This document shows positions 29,720-40,226 of a DNA stretch of 64,000 bases, piece by piece (position 1 is the first letter of the stretch; every line of letters starts with the position of its first letter). The notes below the pieces were generated by a model. The model worked only from the letters and a program-made list of their open reading frames with translations. It searched no databases and had not been told where the DNA came from. This DNA comes from Myxococcota bacterium (GTDB taxonomy: Bacteria; Myxococcota; XYA12-FULL-58-9; JALHOP01): assembly GCA_041288095.1 (NCBI GenBank), contig JBGGMJ010000158.1, positions 11,133 through 75,132 of the forward strand, read 5' to 3'. The translations under genes and the position numbers were made by a program.

Positions 29720-32040
29720 TCGTGCGTGATGGCTTCGCTGAGATGCGACACCAGCGCATCGACAGTGGGATGTTCGAACACGAGAGTCAACGGCAATGTG
29801 AGGCGCAAGCTGGACTGCAAGCTGTTGCGGACCGACATGGCGAGCACCGAGCTCAGACCCGCGTCGACGAGGTTGCGGTCGCCCGGCAGGGCGCCGGCGA
29901 TGTCGCTGCCGAGAGCGGTGACCAGCTCCGACGTCACGCAGTCGCGCAAGAGGCGGCCGCGCTCGGCCGCGTCGGCGAGCCGTATGCGATCGGCGATGCT
30001 GCTCGCGTCGTTGGCCGCCGCGAAGACGACGCCGTCCGCGGTACCGCGCGTCGGCGATATCGTCGCCCAGAAACGTGTCCGCTGAAACGGATACGTAGGC
30101 AGCGGTAGCGCGTTCTGACGGCGGCCGCCGAGCACACGCTGCCAGTCGCAGCGGATGCCGCGCAGCTGCAGCGACGCCGCGAGCCGCACGACGGTCTGGC
30201 GCTGCGGCACGGTCGCGGCGTCACCGACGACCAGCACCAAGCCCCCCTGGCGATCCTGCTCGACCGAGGCGTGCACGAGCTCGTCGCCGCCCTGCCCGCC
30301 GGCGGCCGCGCCGCGCGCCGCGAGCGCTTCGTCGACGACGGGCATGCCGAGGGCCGCGAGCTTCGCCGCGTCGGTCGGGGAGCCGCGAAATTGCACGACG
30401 AGCTCCGGCGGCTCTTCGTTGGGCTTCTCGCTATGACGGGTCACCCGCGAGAAATCGCCCCTCCCTACCTCGGCGAGGCGCGCCGCCAGCTCATCGCGAT
30501 CCTCGGCGAAGATGGCGAGGCGCTCGGGAAACGTAGCGCCGGACGAGTTGGCCGCGGCGCAAAGGTCGGCAATCGCGATGGTGGGACGCTCGCGCATGTA
30601 CGCGACGTAGGACTTCGCCATGTCGGACAAGGCGGCGCTGGTCTTCCCCGAGAAGATCAAGCTCACTGGGCCTCGGCGGCTCGACGCCGGCGCCGACGGC
30701 TCGAAGGGGCGTTCCTCGAGAATGACGTGGCCGTTGGTGCCGCTCAATCCGAACGCACTCACGCCGGCGCGTCGCACCCCGTCCTGCGGCGGTACCCAGG
30801 GCCGGCGCTCGGCCGCGAGCGCGAGTGGCGTCTCTTCGAGAGCGATGTGCGGATTGGTGTCGAGCAAGTGGAGCTGCGGCGGCATCTCGCCGTGCTGGAG
30901 CGCCTGGACCACCTTGATGACGCTGATGACGCCCGCCGCCGATTCGGTGTGACCGAAGTTGGTCTTCACCGAGCCGACGACTGTCCGCTTGAGCGACCCG
31001 TCCGGGGATTCGAAGACGGCGGCCAGCGCGCCCACCTCGATGGGGTCGCCAAGGCGCGTGCCGGTACCGTGCGCCTCGACGTAGTCGATTTGCTCCGGGC
31101 GCACGCCGGCGTTGGTCATCGCCTGCTTGATGAGCGCCCGGTGCGCGATGCCATTCGGCGCGGTGAGGCCCTGTGCTCGGCCGTTGTGATTGACCGCTGA
31201 AGCGGCCACGACCGCGAGCACCCGGTCGCCGTCACGCTCGGCGTCGGCGAGGCGCTTGAGCAACAACAAGCCGCAGGCGTCGCCGCGAACCATGCCGTCG
31301 GCGCCGGAGTCGAAGGCCCGACATCGGCCGGTCGGAGAGATCGCTCCCATGGCCGACAGGCAGACGTTCAGCCACGGGTCGACGACGATGTTGACGCCAC
31401 CGGCGAGCGCGAGGTCGCACTCGCCTCCACGCAGGGCGACGCAGGCGCGGTGCAAGGCAACGAGGGACGACGAGCAAGCCGTATCGACGGACTCGCACGG
31501 GCCATGGAAGTCGAAGAAGTAAGAGACACGTCCCGCGGCGATGTTGTGGGATGTGCCGGTCGCCGCGTACATGTCGAGCGTCTTGGGGCCGGTGTACGTC
31601 GACAAGAAGTAGTCGCCGTTCATGATCCCCAAGAACACTCCGGTCGAGCTCCCGGCGAGCGCGGTCGGGTCGATGCCGGCGCGCTCGATGGCTTCCCACG
31701 CCACTTCGAGGACCAAGCGCTGCTGTGGATCCAACTGCATCGCCTCGGGACGCGAAATGCCGAAAAATCCCGCGTCGAACTGGTCGACACCTTGGACGAC
31801 ACCCGCCCAGCGCGTGATCATCTTGCCCGGCGTGCCCGGATGCGGGTCGTAGAAGCTCTCGGCGTCCCAGCGATCCATGGGGATCGCGCCGACCATGTCG
31901 CGTCCGTCACGCACCAAGGTCCACAGCTCCTCCGGCGTGCTGGCGCCCGGGACGCGGCAAGCGGCGCTGATGATGGCGATGGGCTCGCTCAAGCGACCAC
32001 GGAGCTTCCGCGCCAATATGCCGCGCTTGTCCTCGCTCAT
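29716..32040 (-). CDS. Type I PKS 4: KS - (AT deleted) - ACP
   Basis: KS DTACSSS, EAHGTGT, FGHTE. Only about 80 aa between the KS-AT linker and LPTYPFQR. ACP AGLSSVLA. No thioesterase. Confidence 0.9.
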   Translation of the reverse strand: MSEDKRGILARKLRGRLSEPIAIISAACRVPGASTPEELWTLVRDGRDMVGAIPMDRWDAESFYDPHPGTPGKMITRWAGVVQGVDQFDAGFFGISRPEAMQLDPQQRLVLEVAWEAIERAGIDPTALAGSSTGVFLGIMNGDYFLSTYTGPKTLDMYAATGTSHNIAAGRVSYFFDFHGPCESVDTACSSSLVALHRACVALRGGECDLALAGGVNIVVDPWLNVCLSAMGAISPTGRCRAFDSGADGMVRGDACGLLLLKRLADAERDGDRVLAVVAASAVNHNGRAQGLTAPNGIAHRALIKQAMTNAGVRPEQIDYVEAHGTGTRLGDPIEVGALAAVFESPDGSLKRTVVGSVKTNFGHTESAAGVISVIKVVQALQHGEMPPQLHLLDTNPHIALEETPLALAAERRPWVPPQDGVRRAGVSAFGLSGTNGHVILEERPFEPSAPASSRRGPVSLIFSGKTSAALSDMAKSYVAYMRERPTIAIADLCAAANSSGATFPERLAIFAEDRDELAARLAEVGRGDFSRVTRHSEKPNEEPPELVVQFRGSPTDAAKLAALGMPVVDEALAARGAAAGGQGGDELVHASVEQDRQGGLVLVVGDAATVPQRQTVVRLAASLQLRGIRCDWQRVLGGRRQNALPLPTYPFQRTRFWATISPTRGTADGVVFAAANDASSIADRIRLADAAERGRLLRDCVTSELVTALGSDIAGALPGDRNLVDAGLSSVLAMSVRNSLQSSLRLTLPLTLVFEHPTVDALVSHLSEAITHE

Positions 32041-35000
32041 GCTTCGCTGCCGAGGAGCTCGTCGGCCAACACGCCGAGCTCGCCTTCGTCGAGTTGCTCG
32101 ATCGCCGACAAGACCGCGGCAAGGCGAGGACTGACGGAGGCCGAGGCCGCGAGGTTGGTCGTCTTGGTGACTGCCTTCTGCGGCGCGGCGGCGGGCGCCG
32201 CCACCGCCGGCTGAGCGGCCGCTGTAGCGGGCACGACGCGACTACCGAGCTTCTCGGTGATGAAGCCCAGCAGGAGCTGCAAGGTCGGATACTCGAAGAG
32301 CAAGGTGACCGGCAGCGAGATGCCCAACGCCGTCTGTAGACGGTTGCGCAGCTGGACCGCGACGAGTGAGTCGAGGCCGAGGTCCTTGAGCACCTGCTTG
32401 GCGGCGACACGTTGGTCGGCGGCGAGCCCCAGAGCGGCAGCGACCTCGCGGTGCACGAGCTCGCGCAAGCCCTCCCCGCTTCCGACCACCGCCGGCTCGG
32501 CCGCCGCGGCGACCGTCGCCTGCGCTACGGCGCTGGCCGGCGCCGGCTTGCTGCCGAGCTTCGACAAGGTGTCGGCCTCGATGCCGAGGTTGCGCACGCC
32601 GAGCATCTCGACGACGACCCGCCCCGAAGCGTCGTAGACCCTTATGTCGGAGGAGAACACGGGGCGCGTCGCCGTCGTCGACACGGGGCGCGCGACGACG
32701 TGCGACCAAACCTCGCGCCCGAGCTTGCCGTAGACGCGGATACGGTCCGCTCCAGCGAACATGAACGAGCCGGGCGTCTTGGCGTCGCCACTCACGGCCA
32801 CGTAGGTGGGGTGGCCGCAAGCATCCAGCAGGGCCGGGTGCGCGAACGCGAAGTCGCCCTCGCCGACGACGTGCTCGGGGAGCACGATGTGTCCGAGCGC
32901 CTCGCCCACGGCGTCCGGCGCCCGCGAGACCTCGCGCATGCCGCGAAACGCGGCGCCATAGTCCTGGCCGTTGGCACGCATGGCCGCGTAGAGTTGCTCG
33001 ACCGAGACGGACTTCTTCAAGCGGGCCCGCAGCGCCGCGAGCGACTCGTAGCCGGGCGCCGCCTGGCTCTCGGGTGCGCGTGCGATCGAGCCCGTCGTAT
33101 GGGTCACCCACTCACCACCGCCGGCGGCGCGACTCTCGATGACGTACGCCAAACGGCCGGGCTCGGTCACTTTCGCGTCGAAGCTCACCTCGCGCGGCAC
33201 TGCCTCGAGCAAGAGAGCGCGCTCGAAGCTCACGTCCAACAAGGCGGTCGCTTCTCCGTGGAACGCGTCGCGCGCCGCCGCGAGCGCCATCTCGATGAAG
33301 CCCATCCCCGGAAACACCGGGATCCCGAAGTTACCGTGATCCTGGAGGAAGGCGTGCTTGCCCGTGCCGTGCTCCGACACATAGCGCGACATCGATCCGC
33401 TTTCGCGGCGGCCGAGCAGCGGATGCGCCGCCGCCGCTTCGACAGCGGGCTTCGACTCGAGCCAGCAACGTTGACGCTCGAAAGCATAGGCTGGCGTCGA
33501 CAGCGAGCGCGGGGCACCGGCGGCAGGCCGTGGTGCGCTGCCGCCCGCGGCGAAGGCAGCCGCCAGAGCGACCGAGAAGCGCAGATCATCCGGTACATCG
33601 TCATCGAGACTCGGCACCACCGCGATGGCGCTGTCGGTCAACCCGGTGAAGACGAGCTCGCCGAGCTCGGTGCCGGCCCCGACCTCGACGCAGACCTCGC
33701 AGCCCAGCTTGGCGAGGCTGCGCACGGCTTCCTTGACCTGCACCGACGACCGCAACAAGCGAACCCAATAGTCCGGGTTGGTGACGTCGCCCGGCTTGGC
33801 CGGACGCCCGGTGACCGACGAGATGATCGGCAGCCGCGGCTCACCAAGGGTGATGCGGCCGATGATGGCGGAGATGTCGGAGGCCTTCGCGTCAGCCAGC
33901 CGGCTGTGAAACGGCAGTCGCGCGGCGAGGCGCGTCGCCGGCACACCCTGCGTCTGCAGCTGGGTGAGCACCCCGGCGAGGTCTTCCTGCTTGCCGCCGA
34001 TGAGCGTGCGCTTGCTGCTCTCCGATGCGAGCACCTGAACCCTCGGGCTCGTGCCCAAGAGCGCCCTGGTGCGTTCGAGATCTTCCTCCACGGCGTAGGC
34101 GACGAAGCCTTGCGCGGCCTCCGCGTAGATCTTCGCCAACGCGTGCAGCGCTCGCGCTCCGTCCTCGAGGCCGATGACACCCGCGGCATACGCCGCCGCC
34201 AGCTCGCCGAGTCCGCTTCCGAAGACAGCGAGCGGCACGGGGCCGTGCTCCGACCAGGTCTCCCAGAGCGCGCACTGCGCGACGTACGAGACCACCGCGG
34301 CACTCGCGAGGGAGCCGTCCGTACTCGGGCGACCGCTGGCGAAGATCTGGGTCAACGGCGTGTCGAGCTTGAGCACCGCGTTGCAGCGCTCGACGACGTC
34401 GCGAAAGCGCGCATGATTCGCGTAAAGGTGGCGCGTCAGCGCCGCGATGTTCGGCTGCGTGCCGGGGAAGATGAACCCGGTCTTGGGCGCGCCACGCTGA
34501 GCACGCTCGCCACGGCGCACGACCGCGCCGGCGACAGGCTCACCGCCGGCCTCGAGAGCCGCGAGCAGCTCGTCGCGACTACGGGCCACCACGGCAAGGC
34601 GGTGCGCGAGGCTTGCTCGCCCACGGCTCGCCGCGGCGACCAGCGCCGCCGCCGATGAGCCCGGATGCTCGCGCATGTAGCGCGCCCACGATGCGACCAG
34701 CGTGTCGAGCGAGGAGCGGGTGCGGGCGGAAAGCGCGAAGACGTAGGGCCCGCCATCGACCGCTTTAGCGGACGTGATCGGTGGTTCTTCGACGATCACG
34801 TGGGCGTTGGTGCCGCTCATGCCGTACGACTGCACGCCGGCGCGACGCGGCCTGAAGCCGCGCGCCCAGGGTCGTGACTCGGTAGCGACGATGAGCTCGC
34901 CGTTCTGCGGCCGACACTCGGGGTTGAGCTCGCGCAAGTGCAAGTGAGGAGGCAAGGCTTCGTGACGCATGGACACGAGCACCTTGAGCAAGCCAGCGAG

Positions 35001-38000
35001 GCCCGACACCGATTCGGTGTGGCCGACGTTGGTCTTCACCGAGCCGATGAGCAGCGGCTTCGCGCGCATCAGCGAGGCGCCGAAGACCTCGGCAAGCGCC
35101 CCGTATTCGATCGAGTCGCCCATCGAGCTGCCCGTGCCGGCGCATTCGACGTAGTCGATGTCGTCGTCGGAGAGGCCGGCATCACGCAACGCGGCGCGCG
35201 CGATCTCGGATTGGGCCGGACCACTCGGCGCGACCAGGCTGGCGCTGCGCCCATCCTGATTGACGGCCGTTCCGCGAATGACTCCGTAGACTACGTCGCC
35301 ATCGCGCACGGCGTCGGCCAGCCGCTTGACGACCATGACACAGCCGCCCTCGCTACGGCCGTAACCGTCGGCGCTCGCATCGAAGGCCTTGGAGCGGCCG
35401 TCGCGCGACACCATGCGCGTCTTGCTGAGCAAGATGTGGCCATGCGGGCTGAGCATGGCGCTCGACGCGGCGACGACCGCCAGGTCGGATTCGCGCCGGC
35501 GCAAGCTCGCGGCCGCGAGGTGCACGCCAACCAACGAGGACGAGCAGGCGGCGTCGAGAGTGGTGCTCGGGCCGTGCACACCGAGCAGATACGACAGGCG
35601 GCCCGCCGCCACGCCGTGGGCAATGCCGGCCGCCGTGTAGACGTCGATCGCGTCCCAGCCCGCGCGCGCCACACGACCGAGATGATCGGCGCCGTACACC
35701 GCGGCGAACACGCCCATCTTGCTGCCGCTGACGTCCTCGGGAGCATAGCCGGCGTCAGCGAGCGCTTGCCAGGTGAGCTCGAGCAGAATCCGCTGTTGCG
35801 GATCGGTGGCGGTCGCCTCGCGCGGCGACATACCGAAGAACAGTGGATCGAATTGTTCCCAGCCGTCGATGAAGCTGCCCGAGCGGGTGATCGACTTGCC
35901 GGGGGCGTCGGGATCGGGATCGTAAACGGCGTCGGCGTCCCAGCGCTCCTTGGGCACCTTGCGCACCGGGTCCGCGCCGTCGGCGAGGAGGCGCCAGAAC
36001 GACTCGGCGTCCTCTACTCCCCCGGGAAAACGACAGCTCACGCCGACGATGGCGATCGGCTCTTCGTAACCCAAGGCGATCTTGGGCGCGGCAACGGGAG
36101 CCGCTGGAACGAACGCCTCGATCGGGGCAGGCGCCGCCGGCGGTGCTTCGACCTTCGCGACGACGACGGGCACCTCGGCGCGCGGCAGCACGTCGGTGAG
36201 GATGTGCTCGACCAAGGATTGAACGGTGGGAAAGTTGAAGACCAGCGTCGCCGGAAACGCGCCACGGGGCAGACCCAAGTCGGGCGCCAAGCGCAGGCGG
36301 AAGTCGTTGGCCAACAGAGAGGTCATGCCCAGGTCGATGACCTGACTTTGCGGATCCACGACCGTGCCGGCGTCGAGGCCAAGGATCGCGATGATCGAGG
36401 TCTTGACCTGCGCTTCGAGGAGCGTGCGCGCTTCCGGTGGCGACAGCTCGCGAAGCCGCGCGACCAGCGGGCGCTTGTCATCGACGACCGGCTGCCCGCT
36501 CACCTCCCGTTGAAGCTCCGAGAAGAGCGGCGGGTCACCCTTACCGTGCTGGTACCAGGTGAACTTCTCGGCATCGACGATGGGATGGACGACGATCTGC
36601 GGCGGAATACGCGTGCCGCCGCCAATCACGAGCGACATGACGGCGCCGCCGTCGTTCGGGTCGATGTTGCCGACGCCGGACGCGGCGATACGGTCCTGAT
36701 CGGCGCGGGACAAGCGCAAGACACCGCCGATGCCCGCCCAAGCGGTCCAATCGATGGCGGTCGCGGGCGCGCCCTGCCGCCGGCGCCAGTACGCAAAAGC
36801 GTCCATGAAGGTGTTGGCCGCCGCGTAGTTGCTGCTTGCCTCGTAGCCGAAGCCCGAGAGCGACGCGTACATCGCGAAGAAGTCGAGCTGCCGGGCGCGG
36901 CTGTGAGCGTGGAGGTTCCAGGTGCCCGAAACCTTGGGCGCGAGCACGTCCGTGAAGCGCTTCCACGTTTGCTGCCGCATCATGCCGTAATCGACGACGG
37001 CGGCGGCGTGCACCAGGCCGCGAACCGGCGCCATTGTCCGATCGACACGCTCGAGGAGCCCGGCGACATCGCCGTCCCGCGTAATGTCGCATTGCATCGG
37101 CACCACGCGGGCGCCGTGGGCCTCGACACGCGCGATTGCGGCCGCGACCTCGGGCCAGGGCGCCTTGCGACTCACCAGCGCGATGTGGCGAGCTCCACGC
37201 GAGGCGATCCACTCGGCAAGGTAGAGCCCGAGGTCGCCGAGGCCTCCGGTGATGACATAGGCACCATCGGCGACGAGCTTTGGCTGCGGGATGCTCTTGG
37301 CGTCGATCTGCGCCTTGACGAGCCGCGAGACCAGAGGTCTGCCGTCGCGCCACGCAGTCTCGCCCTCGCGCGCCGGCGAGCGTAGGTGCGCCACCAAGCC
37401 CTCGGGGAGCGTGGCGTTCGGCTTGGGATCGAGATCGACGAGCCCGCCCCAGAGCTCGGGATGCTCGAGCGCGACGCAACGACCGAAGCCCCACAGCGTC
37501 GCCTGGGCAATCGCGACCGGCGAGCCATCGCCGATGTCTTGCGCGCCGCGGGTAAACAACCAGAGCCGGGGCTCGGCGCCACCACCGCGGCTGATCGCCT
37601 GGGCGACGTGCAGCGCACCCGCGAGCACGAGCTCTTGATCACGCGCCAGCGAGTCGGCGCTGGTCGCGGCCTCCGCCGTGGTATCGAGCGGCCAGAGATA
37701 GGCGATGCGCCGTACATCCGCGGCGGTCGCCATCCAGTTGCCGATGACGGCGCCGACCGCGTCGGGGCTCGTCGGCTCGACGCCATCCGCACGGCCGTTG
37801 CGTGCCGCGTGCACTACCTGGCAGACCGCTCCAGCGGACGTCAGCGCGCGCGCCAGCGCCTCACCCACGCCGCTTGCGTCGGCGAAGACGAGCCACGACT
37901 CGCGACCGTTGGAGCCGCCCGGGTGCTCCACCGTGAAGGGTCGCCAGGTCACGTTGTACAGCCACTGCGCCGCGCGCTGCCGATCGGCTTCGCGCCGCAA

Positions 38001-38072
38001 CAAGATGTCCAGCGCCCGGCGACGCTCGGGGGCGAGCTTCGCGATCTTCGCTTCGATGTCGTTCTTGCTCAC
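32037..38072 (-). CDS. Type I PKS 3: KR - ACP - KS0 - AT0 - DH - ACP
   Basis: KR (ITGGLGDLG, YAAAN), ACP GMTSL, KS DAACSSS but ECAGTG in place of EAHGTG, AT GSGLG (no GHSxG), DH HGNFGIPVFP and HPALLD, ACP GLDSL. Confidence 0.9.
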   Translation of the reverse strand: MSKNDIEAKIAKLAPERRRALDILLRREADRQRAAQWLYNVTWRPFTVEHPGGSNGRESWLVFADASGVGEALARALTSAGAVCQVVHAARNGRADGVEPTSPDAVGAVIGNWMATAADVRRIAYLWPLDTTAEAATSADSLARDQELVLAGALHVAQAISRGGGAEPRLWLFTRGAQDIGDGSPVAIAQATLWGFGRCVALEHPELWGGLVDLDPKPNATLPEGLVAHLRSPAREGETAWRDGRPLVSRLVKAQIDAKSIPQPKLVADGAYVITGGLGDLGLYLAEWIASRGARHIALVSRKAPWPEVAAAIARVEAHGARVVPMQCDITRDGDVAGLLERVDRTMAPVRGLVHAAAVVDYGMMRQQTWKRFTDVLAPKVSGTWNLHAHSRARQLDFFAMYASLSGFGYEASSNYAAANTFMDAFAYWRRRQGAPATAIDWTAWAGIGGVLRLSRADQDRIAASGVGNIDPNDGGAVMSLVIGGGTRIPPQIVVHPIVDAEKFTWYQHGKGDPPLFSELQREVSGQPVVDDKRPLVARLRELSPPEARTLLEAQVKTSIIAILGLDAGTVVDPQSQVIDLGMTSLLANDFRLRLAPDLGLPRGAFPATLVFNFPTVQSLVEHILTDVLPRAEVPVVVAKVEAPPAAPAPIEAFVPAAPVAAPKIALGYEEPIAIVGVSCRFPGGVEDAESFWRLLADGADPVRKVPKERWDADAVYDPDPDAPGKSITRSGSFIDGWEQFDPLFFGMSPREATATDPQQRILLELTWQALADAGYAPEDVSGSKMGVFAAVYGADHLGRVARAGWDAIDVYTAAGIAHGVAAGRLSYLLGVHGPSTTLDAACSSSLVGVHLAAASLRRRESDLAVVAASSAMLSPHGHILLSKTRMVSRDGRSKAFDASADGYGRSEGGCVMVVKRLADAVRDGDVVYGVIRGTAVNQDGRSASLVAPSGPAQSEIARAALRDAGLSDDDIDYVECAGTGSSMGDSIEYGALAEVFGASLMRAKPLLIGSVKTNVGHTESVSGLAGLLKVLVSMRHEALPPHLHLRELNPECRPQNGELIVATESRPWARGFRPRRAGVQSYGMSGTNAHVIVEEPPITSAKAVDGGPYVFALSARTRSSLDTLVASWARYMREHPGSSAAALVAAASRGRASLAHRLAVVARSRDELLAALEAGGEPVAGAVVRRGERAQRGAPKTGFIFPGTQPNIAALTRHLYANHARFRDVVERCNAVLKLDTPLTQIFASGRPSTDGSLASAAVVSYVAQCALWETWSEHGPVPLAVFGSGLGELAAAYAAGVIGLEDGARALHALAKIYAEAAQGFVAYAVEEDLERTRALLGTSPRVQVLASESSKRTLIGGKQEDLAGVLTQLQTQGVPATRLAARLPFHSRLADAKASDISAIIGRITLGEPRLPIISSVTGRPAKPGDVTNPDYWVRLLRSSVQVKEAVRSLAKLGCEVCVEVGAGTELGELVFTGLTDSAIAVVPSLDDDVPDDLRFSVALAAAFAAGGSAPRPAAGAPRSLSTPAYAFERQRCWLESKPAVEAAAAHPLLGRRESGSMSRYVSEHGTGKHAFLQDHGNFGIPVFPGMGFIEMALAAARDAFHGEATALLDVSFERALLLEAVPREVSFDAKVTEPGRLAYVIESRAAGGGEWVTHTTGSIARAPESQAAPGYESLAALRARLKKSVSVEQLYAAMRANGQDYGAAFRGMREVSRAPDAVGEALGHIVLPEHVVGEGDFAFAHPALLDACGHPTYVAVSGDAKTPGSFMFAGADRIRVYGKLGREVWSHVVARPVSTTATRPVFSSDIRVYDASGRVVVEMLGVRNLGIEADTLSKLGSKPAPASAVAQATVAAAAEPAVVGSGEGLRELVHREVAAALGLAADQRVAAKQVLKDLGLDSLVAVQLRNRLQTALGISLPVTLLFEYPTLQLLLGFITEKLGSRVVPATAAAQPAVAAPAAAPQKAVTKTTNLAASASVSPRLAAVLSAIEQLDEGELGVLADELLGSEA

Positions 38073-38084
38073 GTCACCCTCAGC

Positions 38085-39053
38085 TCAGACCGAGACCAGC
38101 ATCGAGCTCCAGCAGGCGGCTGGACTGTTGTTCTGAATGAGAACCGTATCGCCGGAGGCAATTTCGCCGCGCGCGAGGCCGGTCTTGTAGTTGAGAAGCA
38201 CGTCGATGCTGCCCAAGTGTCCATAACGGGCGCAGTTGTCGCGGCAGGAGCCGATGAAGCGGACATCGAGCGCCTCTTCGTTGTAGCGGAAGGCCTCGAT
38301 CGACAAGTTCTGCATGACGTGCGCCTTGACGCGAACGTCGGTGTTGCGCTCGAGCAGCCGGCGATTGATCGCGTTGAAGTTGTTGCGGCTCGCGATCGCG
38401 AGCTCGAACTTGTAGCGCTCGCTGGTGCAGGACTCGACCATCTCCTCGATGCGCTTGTTCTTGTACTCGACGCGGAACAGGTCCCAGTACTTGCCGTCGG
38501 TCATCAGCTCGACGTCGCGGATGACGTGGTCCTCGCAATCGCGCGACACGACGACGCCCATCCCAGCGTCGCCGTTGACCGTCACTGCTTCGCGATAACG
38601 GACGACGCCGAACGGCTTGCTGCCCGAGCAGATGAGCACGTTGTTGATCGACGAGCTGCCGTTGATCATCGTGCGTGCCACCATCACCGCGTTCGAGATG
38701 TTGGCGCAGCCGAGGTCGCCGACCGAAAAAGCGACCGCCTTCTTGAGGCCCAGGAGATCCTGGATGTGCGTGGCCTCGGAGGCCATCAGGTACGTCGGCG
38801 CGCGGCTCTGGATCGAGATCAACACGTCGATGTCGGTGGGCAAGAGCGAGCTGCTGTCGAGCGCCAGCTTCGATGCCTCGACCGCCAGCTCGACGGCTCC
38901 GCGCGATTCGTCGATGGCCACCGTCTGCATGCCGGCGAGCGTCAGGTCGAACACCTTGCGCTTCTGGGCGTCGAGGCGCTTCACCTCGTCGAGCTCGCTG
39001 ACGGGCACGAGGTTGGGTGGTAGCGCGAATTCGATGGCTTTGAACCCGATCAT
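38085..39053 (-). CDS. 3-oxoacyl-ACP synthase III (FabH)-like protein, non-canonical triad
   Basis: DLGCAN active Cys, NGDAG, HVMQNLS in place of HQAN, YGHLGSID in place of GNT. Confidence 0.75.
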   Translation of the reverse strand: MIGFKAIEFALPPNLVPVSELDEVKRLDAQKRKVFDLTLAGMQTVAIDESRGAVELAVEASKLALDSSSLLPTDIDVLISIQSRAPTYLMASEATHIQDLLGLKKAVAFSVGDLGCANISNAVMVARTMINGSSSINNVLICSGSKPFGVVRYREAVTVNGDAGMGVVVSRDCEDHVIRDVELMTDGKYWDLFRVEYKNKRIEEMVESCTSERYKFELAIASRNNFNAINRRLLERNTDVRVKAHVMQNLSIEAFRYNEEALDVRFIGSCRDNCARYGHLGSIDVLLNYKTGLARGEIASGDTVLIQNNSPAACWSSMLVSV

Positions 39054-40216
39054 GAGTCAGCGGCTCCGTAGGACGCCAAATTGTACTTCTGGAGGGCGTG
39101 CTTCGCGATGATCTGTTGCTGCACCTGGGAGGTACCCTCGATGATCTCGAGGATCTTGGCTTCGCGGAAGTAACGCTCCACCGGGTAGGCGTCGCTACAG
39201 CCGTTGCCGCCGTGAACCTGTATCGCCTCCCGGGCGATGTCGTTGGCCATGGTCGAGGTGAAGTACTTGGCGATGGAGGTCTCGATCATCGCGTCCGGGG
39301 CATCGGCCTTGCGCAGCTCCCCCACCCGCATGCATAGAGCGCGGCCGGCGCACATCTTGGCGGTCGCGTCGCCGAGGATCGCCTGAACCTGCGGGAACTC
39401 GAGCAACTTCTTGCCGAACTGGCTGCGTCGCCGCGCGTAGCTCGCCATCGACTCGACGCATGCGCGCGCCAGGGCCTGGCCGGCCCAGGCAATGCTATAG
39501 CGGCCATGGTCGAGAGCCCAGTTCGCGACGTAGCGAAAGCCGTTGCCGATCCCGCCCACGACGTGGCTCGCGGGGACGACGACGTCATCGAAGAGGATCT
39601 CGCCGAGGTGACCGCCGCGCAGGCCCAACAGGCCCGTCATCGGCTTGACCGAAACACCGGGGGCCCGGCGCTCGACCAGGAAGGCCGTGATGGTCTCGTT
39701 CTCCCGGGCGAACACCAGGTAGAGGTCGGCAAGCGCGCCGAAGGTCATCCACTTCTTGTGACCCTTGATGACGAACGAGTCGCCGTCTTTCCTGTAGATG
39801 GTGCCGACCGAGCGCGCGTCGGTACCGACCTCGGGCTCACTGAGCGCAAAAGCGGACAGCACGTCGCCGGAAGCCAACCGAGGGATCCAGGTGGCGACCT
39901 GTTCCGGGGTGCCCCACTTGAGGAGGCTCTCGCCGACGAGAGACACCTGCAACGTCAGCAGGGCGCGCGAGTTGCTGCAGACCGTCCCGATGGCCTCGGT
40001 CAGCAGACCATAGGCGACGGGGTCGAGGCCCATGCCGCCGCGGTCACGTGGGAACGTGGCTCCGAGCCACCCCTGCGCGGCCATCTTCTCGATGAGGTCA
40101 CGCGGCAGGCCTTCACCACCGGCGTCGATGGCTCGGGCTCTCGGGCGTATCTCTGCCTCCACGAACGCCCGAGTCTTCGCGACCAGGTCCGCGTACTGCT
40201 GTTCAGCACTCGCCAT
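39050..40216 (-). CDS. Acyl-CoA/ACP dehydrogenase (FkbI/ZmaE-like)
   Basis: FALSEPEVGTD, GHKKW, RSQFG, AIQVHGGNG, IIEGTSQVQ. Same operon as the FkbH, FkbK-like and ACP genes. Confidence 0.88.
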   Translation of the reverse strand: MASAEQQYADLVAKTRAFVEAEIRPRARAIDAGGEGLPRDLIEKMAAQGWLGATFPRDRGGMGLDPVAYGLLTEAIGTVCSNSRALLTLQVSLVGESLLKWGTPEQVATWIPRLASGDVLSAFALSEPEVGTDARSVGTIYRKDGDSFVIKGHKKWMTFGALADLYLVFARENETITAFLVERRAPGVSVKPMTGLLGLRGGHLGEILFDDVVVPASHVVGGIGNGFRYVANWALDHGRYSIAWAGQALARACVESMASYARRRSQFGKKLLEFPQVQAILGDATAKMCAGRALCMRVGELRKADAPDAMIETSIAKYFTSTMANDIAREAIQVHGGNGCSDAYPVERYFREAKILEIIEGTSQVQQQIIAKHALQKYNLASYGAADS

Positions 40217-40226
40217 TCCCACTCCA

